A stretch of DNA of 64,000 bases, taken from the NCBI GenBank assembly GCA_049519175.1, contig JBEKQZ010000002.1, positions 70,782 through 134,781 of the forward strand, given 5' to 3'. The stretch comes from Candidatus Levyibacteriota bacterium. GTDB taxonomy: Bacteria; Patescibacteriota; Microgenomatia; Levybacterales; UBA12049. The translations under genes were made by a program, and so were the position numbers. The notes under the pieces are model-generated. The model searched no databases. It had not been told where the DNA came from and was given only the letters and a program-made list of their open reading frames with translations. Below are positions 55,246-64,000 of this stretch, in pieces (within the stretch, counting starts at the first letter, position 1; each line of letters opens with the position of its first letter).

Positions 55246-55304
55246 ATTATCCGTGATGATAACACTTCGGTATTTTTTTGTAAAGCAACCTTTTATAAAG
55301 ACAG

Positions 55305-55910
55305 TTATGCAGTAAACTGAGGCATGTTTGGGGGAGTTCGCAACCGCTCTCTTCTTCGGCTAGCTCTTTCAGCCAGCTGCTTTTTTCTGTTAACAACATG
55401 TGCGTAAAACTCCGTCATCCCCTCTCCCGCAAAGGGCGCTATCTCGACATCTTCCGAAAATAAATCCAAAACAGTATCGCCTGTTTTAAATTCATCCAGA
55501 ATTCCATCTCTTCTTAAAACCAGCTCGCTACCATTTTGCCTGCATTGCTCAATTAGATCTCTATAGCCATTCACTCTTCTTGCAAAATCATCAACCTCAA
55601 ATGTTTCAGCTTCAAAAAAGACTACTTCCCGACTAATACTTGCCTCTGTGTTAAAACTCATAGGTCTTCCAGATAGCGGCTTTACTGTCCCCACCATCCT
55701 TCGCATTGTTCTCGCCCCATAGGCTTCGGTATCGACAAATTGTGCAATAATATTAAGCGGCTGAACTGCTGAAGCAAAATTTCTCTGGTCTCCAGCACTA
55801 AGCGGATTTACATCTTTCCGCAAAAACACAAATTGAACATCAACGAAATGCGCTTCTATAACTTCTAAGTCTACTGGTATTTCTGACTTATTTCCTGCCA
55901 TGGGCCGCAT
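55305..55910 (-). CDS. hypothetical protein (GC-atypical island, gene 2)
   Basis: 201 aa with no recognisable motif. The conserved motif gggattttttgtgggcaaTTGACAaag lies ~25 bp upstream. Confidence 0.5.
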   Translation of the reverse strand: MRPMAGNKSEIPVDLEVIEAHFVDVQFVFLRKDVNPLSAGDQRNFASAVQPLNIIAQFVDTEAYGARTMRRMVGTVKPLSGRPMSFNTEASISREVVFFEAETFEVDDFARRVNGYRDLIEQCRQNGSELVLRRDGILDEFKTGDTVLDLFSEDVEIAPFAGEGMTEFYAHVVNRKKQLAERASRRRERLRTPPNMPQFTA

Positions 55911-55932
55911 GATAACATCGGCGACTATTCTT

Positions 55933-55965
55933 TGTCAATTGCCCACAAAAAATCCCTAAGGAAAT
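55933..55965 (-). promoter_or_regulatory. promoter with a conserved upstream motif (copy 2)
   Basis: On the minus strand: gggattttttgtgggcaaTTGACAaagaatagtcgccgatgttatcATG. The -35 box is TTGACA, and the start codon abuts the -10 region, which is leaderless-like. Confidence 0.5.
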
Positions 55966-55994
55966 CTTGATTTAAAGATTTAAGAAGCACTTCT

Positions 55995-56468
55995 TTAAAA
56001 AACTGTAATAACCGGCGGTAGCTGTCTTGCTTTTTCAAGAAATTCTCTCATCTCTCTTTTTCCACTAGAAAAAACTATCCTACTTAATATTTCTTTCCCT
56101 GATTGTTTCCGGGCACTTTTCGCTAAGCCTAACCTGCTACGCTCATAAACTTGCTGTGCTAATATCATGTTTAATTTCTCGCTCAAGCAGCCGGGCGCTA
56201 CTGTTTCGTTTCTTTCTTCCCCCGACCTTGGATCTACAAACAGCAAAATAGCCTCATCTTCTCTCAATTTTATTTCTCTTGTTGCCGCTGAAGGCTCTGG
56301 AGCAACGATTAGTTTTGTTGCGGCGATTTCTGCATCATTCATTCCCGCCAATAAACACAACTCTCTTAAACGACCCGGATTTTCTTCAACGCGGTAAGGG
56401 AGTTTCTGAAAGTCGCCAATACGTACAATAAAAGGGGTAACCCCTGGATTGCTTACTGTTTCTACCAT
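55995..56468 (-). CDS. hypothetical protein (GC-atypical island, gene 1)
   Basis: 157 aa. A perfect TTGACA-17 nt-TATAAT promoter ends 9 nt upstream of the ATG. Confidence 0.5.
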   Translation of the reverse strand: MVETVSNPGVTPFIVRIGDFQKLPYRVEENPGRLRELCLLAGMNDAEIAATKLIVAPEPSAATREIKLREDEAILLFVDPRSGEERNETVAPGCLSEKLNMILAQQVYERSRLGLAKSARKQSGKEILSRIVFSSGKREMREFLEKARQLPPVITVF

Positions 56469-56477
56469 AAGGCTTGG

Positions 56478-56528
56478 ATTATATTTGTATTATTGAACTT
56501 TGTCAATTTACCCACAAAAAATCCCCCA
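56478..56528 (-). promoter_or_regulatory. consensus sigma70-type promoter with a conserved upstream motif (copy 1)
   Basis: On the minus strand: gggattttttgtgggtaaaTTGACAaagttcaataatacaaaTATAATccaagccttATG. This is exactly the TTGACA-17-TATAAT consensus. Confidence 0.6.
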
Positions 56529-56565
56529 CATAAAATAATGTGAGGGATGAATTAAAAACAAAAAA

Positions 56566-56680
56566 TTTCTGGCAATGACCCATTGTCCCAACATAATGTT
56601 AGTATCGTAGGCGCTGAAACGTTTCACTTCTCTGTTCGGAATGGGAAGAGGTGGTGCCGCTTCGCACAAATTACCAGAAA
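56566..56680 (-). rRNA. rrf: 5S ribosomal RNA
   Basis: Reverse complement ...GGCACCACCTCTTCCCATTCCGAACAGAGAAGTGAAACGTTTCAGCGCCTACGATACTAACATTATGTTGGGACAATGGGTCATTGCCAG. It has the CCGAAC...GAAGTGAAAC loop C/helix III signature, and the terminal helix pairs. Confidence 0.7.
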
Positions 56681-56873
56681 ATTTCTATCTTCAATTTTTA
56701 AAGTTCTGTTGACTCTTTAAAAGGTGAAGAGAAGGATACTTAATCTACTCTAAAAACCATTAGTACGGGTAAGCTCAACACTTTACAGTGCTTCCACCGC
56801 CCGCCTATCAACCTCGTAGTCTACAAGGGGTTTTATCCAGCTTGCGCTGAAACGATATCTTATCTCGGAGGCC

Positions 56874-56904
<31 letters not shown>

Positions 56905-57045
56905 GGTTGGGAATCTAGCTACCCAGCGATGCTCTTATTCAGAAACAACTGGCACACCAGGGATTCCCTCATCCCAGTCCTCTCGTACTAGGGACGAATC
57001 TCCTCAAATATCAACGATTATACAGGATAGAGACCGAACTGTCTT

Positions 57046-57141
<96 letters not shown>

Positions 57142-57458
57142 CGACTTGTTACCAAGCGCTCTGACTATACCTTCATCCCCTATCATCTTTGTAAGGGGAG
57201 CTAGTCTTTTATAGAAGTTATAAATTTGTTTTTGAAACAAGCACTTCTATCTTCAGTCGCCTAAGGCGACATCCAGTCGATACGGGCCCACTCACAATAA
57301 ATTGTGAGGGGTTCCCTCGGTGTTGTCCAAAAAACTTTTGGAGTTCACCGATTTTGACTAGTCTATTTTATTATTCCAACGCATTCTCTACAGATGCGTT
57401 CTTTCGAATAACCAGGCTTAAGAATTTTTTCTTAGGCGCCCCGATGTAAATTACATAA
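57142..57458 (-). other. ORF-less group I-type intron in 23S domain V, at about E. coli position 2500
   Basis: The exon sequence GGCACCT|...|CGATGTCGGCTCATCACATCC is split by ~317 nt of non-rRNA sequence. Confidence 0.6.
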
Positions 57459-57500
57459 GGTGCCAAACCGCATCGTCGCTGTGGACGCTTGGATGCGATC

Positions 57501-57533
<33 letters not shown>

Positions 57534-58012
57534 AAGCTGTATGCCTACCACTAGGCAATACAGGATCACTAACATCGACTTTCGTCCCTGCTCGACTTGT
57601 AGGTCTCGCAGTCAAGCTGGCTTATGCGTTTGCACTATCACTTCGATTTCCATCCGAAGTTAGCCAACCTTTATACGACTCCGTTGCGTTGTAGGAGTCA
57701 ATCGCCCCAGTTAAACTGCCCGCCAGACAATGTCCCTCTGCCGAATTTTTGTGCGGCAAGGGGTAATGATTGCATATTCCAAAGAGAGGTATTTCATATT
57801 TCGCCAAAGCTCCCTCCTATTCTAAACAGTTAGAATATACTTTCAAATGCCAAGCTACAGTAAAGCTCCCGGGGTCTTTTTGTCCATGTATAATTAGGCC
57901 GCGTCTTCACGGCCATCTCAATTTCGCCGAGTAAATGTTCAAGACAGTTATTCACTCATTCTACCTTTCGTGCGGGTCGGAACTCGCCCGACAAGGAACT
58001 TCGCTCATTATG

Positions 58013-58980
58013 TTATTCCTAGATTTACGAATCTAGACTCTCCGATTCGCATCGGAGTTCGGACTATATCTTGTCGCCAAAGGCGACTTCTGCGTTTAGT
58101 CTCTGAGGATTTCCTACAAATTTGTAGGATCTTTCCTGCTGATTGGCTCCACCAAACAGATTATCAGTTCGAAATTAAATCGAACTACCGTTGGATACTG
58201 AGCTATTCCAGCATATAGCAGAATTTCTAAAACACTTTTCTAAGGCAACGATTGCCACCATAGAACAGTTCACATTGTTACTTGCTCTGATTGGCTACAG
58301 AGTCTCATGGTCGTCCATGAGGTCGGACTATATCATCATCGTCTCTTAAGACGAGTTTAGCGTATAGTCTCTGAGGATCCCTTCATCGGAAAATATATCA
58401 TTATATTCATATTTTCTTGTTCTTCCTTTACCTTCATTCAATTTTTCTCTTAAACGTAAAATTTTCCTTAAACCCTTAACATTTCTGTGTTCTCCACTTT
58501 CAACAAATTTTGCAATTTCACAAAAAATTTTAAAGTTACTAATTTTACTTTTAGAAAGTAATGGATATTTAGAAAAATATGGAATAACTCTTTCAACTAT
58601 TTCTTTAGAGTTTGTTGTGTCCAGAGAATGCAAGCCATCCCTTCTTGTCTTGATAATTCCACATCCTAATTCTTTTTTTAATATATAAAGAACTGATGGA
58701 TCTTTTTGTGAAACATTGAAACTTAAAACGATTTGCCAGTTAACTTTATAATCACTTTTTTTACGAAGTGATACATTAAAGCTACCTTCTCCTTCTACAA
58801 ACCCTGCTATAAAATAGCCTAAATTTTTCCGATCAAGGTCTTTCCTGCTGATTGTCTGCACTGGACGTTTTTTCACTAAGTTAAATATAACATAGTAACG
58901 CCAGATACTTCAACCGTCTGTTGTATAACAGTTACGGTACAGGTTTTCCAGCATATAGCTAAATTTTACAACTACAATTG
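58013..58980 (-). other. group I intron(s) in 23S domain IV, at about E. coli positions 1917-1931. Contains a homing-endonuclease ORF
   Basis: Exon ...GTAACTATAA is interrupted, and exon sequence resumes at ...GAGCGAAGTTCCTTGTCGGG. There are internally duplicated segments (ggactatatc...tctctgaggat twice; ccagcatatagc twice). These suggest two adjacent introns rather than one. Confidence 0.55.
58346..58876 (-). CDS. LAGLIDADG homing endonuclease (intron-encoded)
   Basis: LGYFIAGFVEGEGSFNVSL is a LAGLIDADG motif. 176 aa, which is the single-motif homodimer size class. It lies inside the 23S intron. Confidence 0.8.
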   Translation of the reverse strand: MKKRPVQTISRKDLDRKNLGYFIAGFVEGEGSFNVSLRKKSDYKVNWQIVLSFNVSQKDPSVLYILKKELGCGIIKTRRDGLHSLDTTNSKEIVERVIPYFSKYPLLSKSKISNFKIFCEIAKFVESGEHRNVKGLRKILRLREKLNEGKGRTRKYEYNDIFSDEGILRDYTLNSS

Positions 58981-61073
58981 CTTATAGTTACTGCTGCCGT
59001 TTACTGGAGCTTATATCACAAACTGACATCTTGCGACGTTTTATTCACGATATTTGACTTACCAGCACTGGGCAGGTGTCAGCCCCTATACTTTGCCTTT
59101 CGGCTTTGCAGGGACCTGTGTTTTAGATAAACAGTTGGTAAATAAACTTTTGCTGCGGCCGCGTTCTTACACGCGGCAAGACATATCCCAAAGGTTACGT
59201 CTAGCTTTTTTGCCGAGTTCCTTGAACATCTTTCTCTCGATCGCCTTAGTCTTCTCGACCAATCCACCTGTGTCGGTTTGCGGTACGGAAAAATATGAAT
59301 TTTGACCCGCCTTGCGGCGGATCCTAATGAAATTTTTCTGGGAAACTGAAAGCTACTAAATCGGAATTATTGCTAACCCCTTTCATTTGCAGCTTGATTA
59401 AACACGGTAATGGATTTGCCAATTACCACTATCTCACTGCTTAGACCAAACGTATTCGGCTTAGCTCTTCCACTTTCGTCCTTCCCTTAGATTATTCATA
59501 CCTTGTAGTCGAATTTCAACGACTTAACCATCGGGCTACGCCCCTTTAACGAGACACACCCTTAGGACCGACTAACCCTCCGCTGACTTACATTGCGGAG
59601 GAAACCTTGGATATTCGGCGTTTAGGATTCTCACCTAAATTTCGCTACTCATACCGGCATTCTCACTTCTATCCGCTCCACCAAACCTTACAATTCGGCT
59701 TCACTGCAAATAGAACGCTCCCCTACCAATCGCATTGCTGCGAGTCTCCAACTTCGGCAAATAGCTTAATCCTCGGTTTATTTTTCGCGCCAGATATCAT
59801 CCTCCAGTGAGCTGTTACGCTTTCTTTAAAAGATGGCTGCTTCTAAGCCAACTTCCTGGTTGTCTATGAAATCTGACTTCGTTCAAAACTTAGCTATTAT
59901 TTAGAGGCCTTAGATGGGAGTTTGGGTTGTTTCCCTCTCGACTCATCGGCTTAGCCCGACAAGACTGACTAGTAGCATAATTACATCTGCATTCGAAGTT
60001 TGATTAGTTCCTACATCTTGCGACGCAAGTAACCATTCAGTGCTCTACCTCAGTGTAAAATTAACTACCGCTATACCTAGATATATTTCGGGGAGAACCA
60101 GCTATCTCTGGGTTCGTTTGGCATATTGCCCCTAACCTCAGGTCATCCCAACCAATTGCTGCTGATACGGGTTCGGGCCTCCTGCTAACTTTCGTTAACA
60201 TTCACCCTGCCCAAGGTTAGCTCACCCAGTTTCGGGTCTAATGATTGCAACTAATTGCCCAGTTAGGGCACGCTTTCACTCTGCCTCCCCAAGACAAGCT
60301 TGGTTAAGCTAACGCTGCAATCAATAACTCACCGGTTCATTCTTCAATAGGCACGACGTTATACCCTTGCGGGCACTTCGTCTGCTTGTTAGCCGACAAT
60401 TTCAGTTCTATTTCATTCCCCTCCCGGGGTGCTTTTCACCTTTCCCTCGCGGTACTAGTTCACTATCGGTAGACTTTGATATTTAGTCTTGGAACGTGGC
60501 CGCCCCAGATTCCCACAGGGTTTCACCGTACCCCATGGTACTTAGGAACAAACTATCGTAAATTTTCATTTCGCATACGAGCCTTTCACTCTCTGTGGAA
60601 GACCATTCCGGGTCTTTCTGCTATAAAAATTTAATCGAATATCGTCTGCCCTGCAACACCACAATAAATTGTGGTTTAGACTGTTCCGCTTTCGCTCACC
60701 GCTACTGACGGAATCTCATATGATTTATTTTCCTGGCGTTACTTAGATGTTTCAGTTCACGCCGTTCCCAGCCAAAAGTTATATACATCCTTACGGACAT
60801 AAGTTCATTTCTGGCTACCGCGTAAAACGCGGTGGGTTCCCCCATTCGGACACCGCTGGATCAAAGGTTGATGGCACCTCCCCAACGAGTATCGCCGCCG
60901 TCTGCGTCCTTCCTCGGTCAAAGCCTCCTAGGCATCCATTATCGGCATTATAAGTAGATTAAAAATCTTCTCTTCACTTTTCAAAGAGCCAACTCATCTT
61001 TTGTCTAGCAAGTAGCGGCCACGCGTGTGGCAAGCGCTACTTGCTAAACAGTAACTAATAATAGTTACTAACC

Positions 61074-61149
61074 TGGTGGACCGTGGCGGACTCGAACCGC
61101 CTACCTCTTCATTGCAAATGAAGTGTTCTACCAGGTGAACTAACGGCCC
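61074..61149 (-). tRNA. tRNA-Ala (anticodon UGC), CCA encoded
   Basis: Reverse complement GGGCCGTTAGTTCACCTGGTAGAACACTTCATTTGCAATGAAGAGGTAGGCGGTTCGAGTCCGCCACGGTCCACCA. It is a clean cloverleaf with G3:U70. It sits ~110 nt upstream of the 23S 5' end, in the usual spacer position for this tRNA. Confidence 0.85.
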
Positions 61150-61380
61150 ATCTCCGTTTGAGTCCAAAATAAAAAAGAACTTATGAACTATCTAGAGGAA
61201 TTTACTTAAAGAAGGCACAGAAACCGCTTAGGCGGTTGAAAAGTTTAATTTTCTTAGTGTCATCATAAAATAAATTCCTCCCGATCGAAATACATCGGGA
61301 TTCATTCACGTATATGTGATATTAACATACAGCTAATAGTATGTCAACAGTATGTCGATAGGCATCGAGCGAGAAGAAAT

Positions 61381-61698
61381 CTATTTTAATGGAGTCAATA
61401 GAATATTTATATATGATACGAATGTTGCAATGTTATTTATAACAATGGGAAGTACCGCTATTACTGTAAAAAGCGTTAAAAGTAAAAGTAAATAATTAGT
61501 TTTACTCGCTCTTTTTTCTAAAACGACTTGATGTATAGCTAATATTTTAATTAAATGTTTTATAATATCTAAATTTTGTTCTTCCGCAGCGGGGTTTTTA
61601 CGCAAGGCATTTGCTTCTCGTATAGAATCTTTGACAAACTCCAACATTGGTTTTTTAAGTTGTTGTTTGGCCTCATTCTCTATTTCAACTTCAGTCAT
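61381..61698 (-). CDS. small hypothetical protein with a C-terminal TM segment
   Basis: 105-aa ORF in an AT-rich region. Confidence 0.35.
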   Translation of the reverse strand: MTEVEIENEAKQQLKKPMLEFVKDSIREANALRKNPAAEEQNLDIIKHLIKILAIHQVVLEKRASKTNYLLLLLTLFTVIAVLPIVINNIATFVSYINILLTPLK

Positions 61699-61746
61699 AT
61701 TTTAATTCCCAACCTTGCGATATAAGTCTTGTTTTGCACCATAAAG

Positions 61747-62118
61747 CTAATTTGATTTAAGTAAGCAGCTTAAGCCAAGTAGGCAATAAACAAAACCCAC
61801 GTTCTTATGCAGTTCGCTTCGGTATTTAAAATTGAAGACAATAGTCTTTTCAAGGCTTGTCTTCATAGCTGATATATGAGGGCAGTCTTCTAAGCACTGC
61901 TGTTTGTATACTTTGTCTAACCCCTTCTCAACTAATTCTTTTGGAAAATTAGTACATCCACTATTGCAGAGCTCATCCATCGTTTTAAACGTATCAGCGA
62001 GTTTGTTATTTACTAGTTTATAATCGCTAGCGTTTTGCCAGGCAAATGGAAACGTAGCAACTATAATAACTAAGATTGTTACGATGATTGCAAAGATTAT
62101 GTATCTATTATTTTTCAC
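61747..62118 (-). CDS. small Cys-rich membrane-anchored hypothetical protein
   Basis: N-terminal TM helix and 6 Cys in 123 aa. Confidence 0.4.
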   Translation of the reverse strand: MKNNRYIIFAIIVTILVIIVATFPFAWQNASDYKLVNNKLADTFKTMDELCNSGCTNFPKELVEKGLDKVYKQQCLEDCPHISAMKTSLEKTIVFNFKYRSELHKNVGFVYCLLGLSCLLKSN

Positions 62119-62234
62119 TACTAACTTTTTATACGCTTATCCGAAGCTGAAGTCAATTAGATAATTTTGTCTTTCGGGGCTGGATTATTTCCCGCCGTTT
62201 TCCTTTTTGACAAAATTGTGTATAATGTCAACAT

Positions 62235-62528
62235 ATGAAAAAAGCACAATTCCAATTTGCATTACCCGTTTCCATACTAAGAGAAGGCGATAGTTTTATT
62301 GCTTATACTCCCGCTTTGGATTTATCAACTGTGGGAGATACCTTGGAGCAAGCTCAAAAAAGATTTGAAGAAGCCGTACAACTTTTTTTTGAAGAAATTA
62401 CAGAAGAAGGTACGGTAAATGAGGCATTAGCAGAGCTTGGTTGGCAAAAAGCCGATAATCAACTTACGCCACCCGTTGTAATTTCTCATCAAACAGAAAC
62501 TTTTTCAGTTCCTCGATTTGCTCTATAA
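62235..62528 (+). CDS. hicB: HicB-family antitoxin (UPF0150-like)
   Basis: FQFALPVSILREGDSFIAYTPALDLSTVGDTLEQAQKRFEEAVQLFFEE fits the HicB/UPF0150 fold pattern. It is immediately followed by a HicA-like gene. Confidence 0.6.
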   Translation: MKKAQFQFALPVSILREGDSFIAYTPALDLSTVGDTLEQAQKRFEEAVQLFFEEITEEGTVNEALAELGWQKADNQLTPPVVISHQTETFSVPRFAL

Positions 62529-62531
62529 AAT

Positions 62532-62762
62532 ATGCCTAATTTAACCCCTCTTAATTGGAAAGAATTTGAAAAATTTCTTTTATATGTAGGCTGTGAATTT
62601 AAGCGGCAAAGAGGAGATCATAAGGTTTATTGGAGGTCGGGTTTAAAAAGGCCCATTATTCTCCCAACTTACAAAAATCTTCCAATATTTATCATAAGAA
62701 ATAATCTAAGAACCTTAGGAATAACTGTTGAAGAATATTTAGAAATATTGAAGAAGATATGA
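62532..62762 (+). CDS. hicA: HicA-family mRNA-interferase toxin (YcfA-like)
   Basis: LTPLNWKEFEKFLLYVGCEFKRQRGDHKVYWRS...RPIILPTYKNLP...LRTLGITVEEYLEIL shows the HicA pattern (the conserved Gly-x-His, '...P.H...', '...lgi'). Confidence 0.6.
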   Translation: MPNLTPLNWKEFEKFLLYVGCEFKRQRGDHKVYWRSGLKRPIILPTYKNLPIFIIRNNLRTLGITVEEYLEILKKI

Positions 62763-62767
62763 AACGG

Positions 62768-62789
62768 GGCTGGATTATTTCCCGCCTTC
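62768..62789. repeat. conserved ~22-bp inter-cassette element (copy R2). Other copies are R1 at 62176-62197, R3 at 63137-63159 and R4 at 63421-63441
   Basis: cggggctggattatttcccgcc (R1, R2), ccggggctagattattccccgcc (R3), ggctaaattattccccggcc (R4). On the minus strand each copy overlaps or directly follows a gene's stop codon. Confidence 0.6.
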
Positions 62790-63086
62790 TCTTGTCATGG
62801 AGCTAATCTCACCGGATGCAGTATCCTCTGATGCCAGATCAGCAAGGGCTCTTGTTGCCCAAAGACGACCCAATCGATTCCCAGTTTGCATATAATCGGC
62901 TATTGCATCTATCAATTTTTCTCGTAATTCAATGCCCTTTTCGACAGTGAATCCTTCACGTCGAGCCAAGGAATAATCTGTAAAAGGTCTTCCTATTTCA
63001 GGGCCATATCTTGCTATATAAGGCTTTCTTGTCTCGGCTCTTCTATGTGCTTCTTGTCTTCGTGAGCTATCTCCTTCAGGTGGCAT
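62775..63086 (-). CDS. hypothetical protein
   Basis: 103 aa, Arg-rich. Its last codons (REGGK*) are encoded by the R2 repeat element. Confidence 0.4.
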   Translation of the reverse strand: MPPEGDSSRRQEAHRRAETRKPYIARYGPEIGRPFTDYSLARREGFTVEKGIELREKLIDAIADYMQTGNRLGRLWATRALADLASEDTASGEISSMTREGGK

Positions 63087-63160
63087 GACGCGATTATATT
63101 GCTGAAATAATTACTTGTCAACAAAAGAAATCTCCGGGGCTAGATTATTCCCCGCCCTTT

Positions 63161-63397
63161 TTATTTTAATAACCCTGATAGCTTAAGCGCGTTGAATGAA
63201 AGATATGCAAGGACGACAGCCGCAACCAAACTTAACCACGCCGGCACATCCCAACCTGCATAAACCATATTCCAGCCTAAAACAACTCTTAAAAGGTGCA
63301 AAAGTCCAACAATTGCAAATACTACTCCCGCTACTTTGTAGAACATTTTTGAGGATAACATTTTTCTCACCCCCTTCTTTCTTAAGATTGGCACCAA
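63161..63397 (-). CDS. small membrane protein
   Basis: 78 aa with two predicted TM helices. Confidence 0.35.
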   Translation of the reverse strand: MVPILRKKGVRKMLSSKMFYKVAGVVFAIVGLLHLLRVVLGWNMVYAGWDVPAWLSLVAAVVLAYLSFNALKLSGLLK

Positions 63398-63441
63398 CTG
63401 ATTAAAATGTCAAATCGTGGCTAAATTATTCCCCGGCCAAT

Positions 63442-64000
63442 TCAATTTCCAGCCGGTAAACCGACCAAGGGTACAAACCGAACTCCAAACATTTGTTTTA
63501 TAATTAATTCCTTTTCCTGCTTAACTCCGAGCACCAAATTTTGATCCCCCTCTACTTTTCCAATGGGAATTACTATTCTGCCGCCAACTTTAATTTGCTC
63601 GATTAAAGCAGGGGGTATTTCTTTTTCTGCTGCTGCGGTAACGATAATCGTATCAAAAAGCGCTCTTTCGGGAATACCCAAAATACCATTACCGGTATAA
63701 ACCGTAACATTTTTATAGCCATGTGTTGCAAGTCTTTCCTGTGCTGTTTGTGCTAAATCAGGATTGTTTTCAATAGTATCTACTTCTTTTGCACAAAAAG
63801 ATAAAAGCGCAGCCGTGTATCCCGAAGCGGTTCCAACCTCTAAAACCCGCTCATTGCCTGTTAATCCAAGAGCTTCTATCATTTCTGCAATGACTGAAGG
63901 TTGACTGATTGAAGAATCTTTTCCTAAGGGAATTACTTCGTCGGAATATGCTAAGTGTTGAAAGGCTGGAGGCGCAAAATTAGCTCTATCAACAACTTCG
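63442..64000 (-). CDS. pcm: protein-L-isoaspartate O-methyltransferase (N-terminus lies beyond the window edge)
   Basis: VLEVGTASGYTAALLSFCAKEV is SAM-binding motif I of PIMT. Translating past the track's Met gives ...VDRANFAPPAFQHLAYSDEVIPLGKDSSISQPSVIAEMIEAL, the canonical PIMT N-terminal region. The ORF is open to position 64000. Confidence 0.85.
   Translation of the reverse strand, partial: EVVDRANFAPPAFQHLAYSDEVIPLGKDSSISQPSVIAEMIEALGLTGNERVLEVGTASGYTAALLSFCAKEVDTIENNPDLAQTAQERLATHGYKNVTVYTGNGILGIPERALFDTIIVTAAAEKEIPPALIEQIKVGGRIVIPIGKVEGDQNLVLGVKQEKELIIKQMFGVRFVPLVGLPAGN

Noticed and set aside
61074-63441. tRNA-Ala(UGC) as the attachment site of an integrated island covering the hicBA/small-gene block
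   Set aside because: The tRNA's 3' end faces the 23S rRNA, not the AT-rich block. No integrase gene is present, and no direct repeat of the tRNA 3' end is found at the far boundary.

Overview
The window is low-GC and densely packed with short genes. It looks like a reduced-genome, probably Candidate-Phyla-Radiation-type bacterium. The signs are a 23S rRNA interrupted by group I introns (one carrying a LAGLIDADG homing endonuclease), a 23S-5S unit with no 16S gene in the window, many large secreted or membrane proteins, and several GT-C-like membrane glycosyltransferases. Housekeeping genes present: ndk, an M16 peptidase, argS, leuS, rho, radA, an S1-domain protein, a DsbA/VKOR pair, a PIN-TRAM (YacL-like) protein, a dCMP/guanine-type deaminase and pcm (partial at the window edge). 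There is also a two-component pair, a stand-alone receiver gene and a PAS/GAF histidine kinase. The accessory content lies in seven places. (1) A cluster of secreted and membrane-anchored proteins at 14.3-21 kb, with tandem cassettes of a WxL-like protein plus a DUF916-like protein. (2) A 2857-aa giant protein whose cytoplasmic N-terminus carries two tandem integrase-type SAM-like (core-binding) domains; these precede a single TM helix and a highly repetitive fibre-like ectodomain, and polytopic membrane/TPR proteins follow downstream. (3) Two copies of a ~150-nt element that shows compensatory base changes, so it is probably a structured RNA or leader; each copy sits just 5' of a minus-strand gene. 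(4) A GC-atypical three-gene island next to the 5S rRNA, in which each gene is preceded by the same near-consensus promoter motif. (5) A short array of small genes that includes hicBA and is punctuated by a conserved ~22-bp element. (6) Heptanucleotide tandem repeats embedded in frame in leuS, the giant gene, radA and the S1 gene, with degenerate AAATTNN heptamers also in intergenic DNA. (7) A ~115-bp direct repeat flanking leuS that contains GAAAATTTTC palindromes. Three tRNA-Ala genes are present: a tandem GGC/CGC pair and a UGC copy upstream of the 23S.
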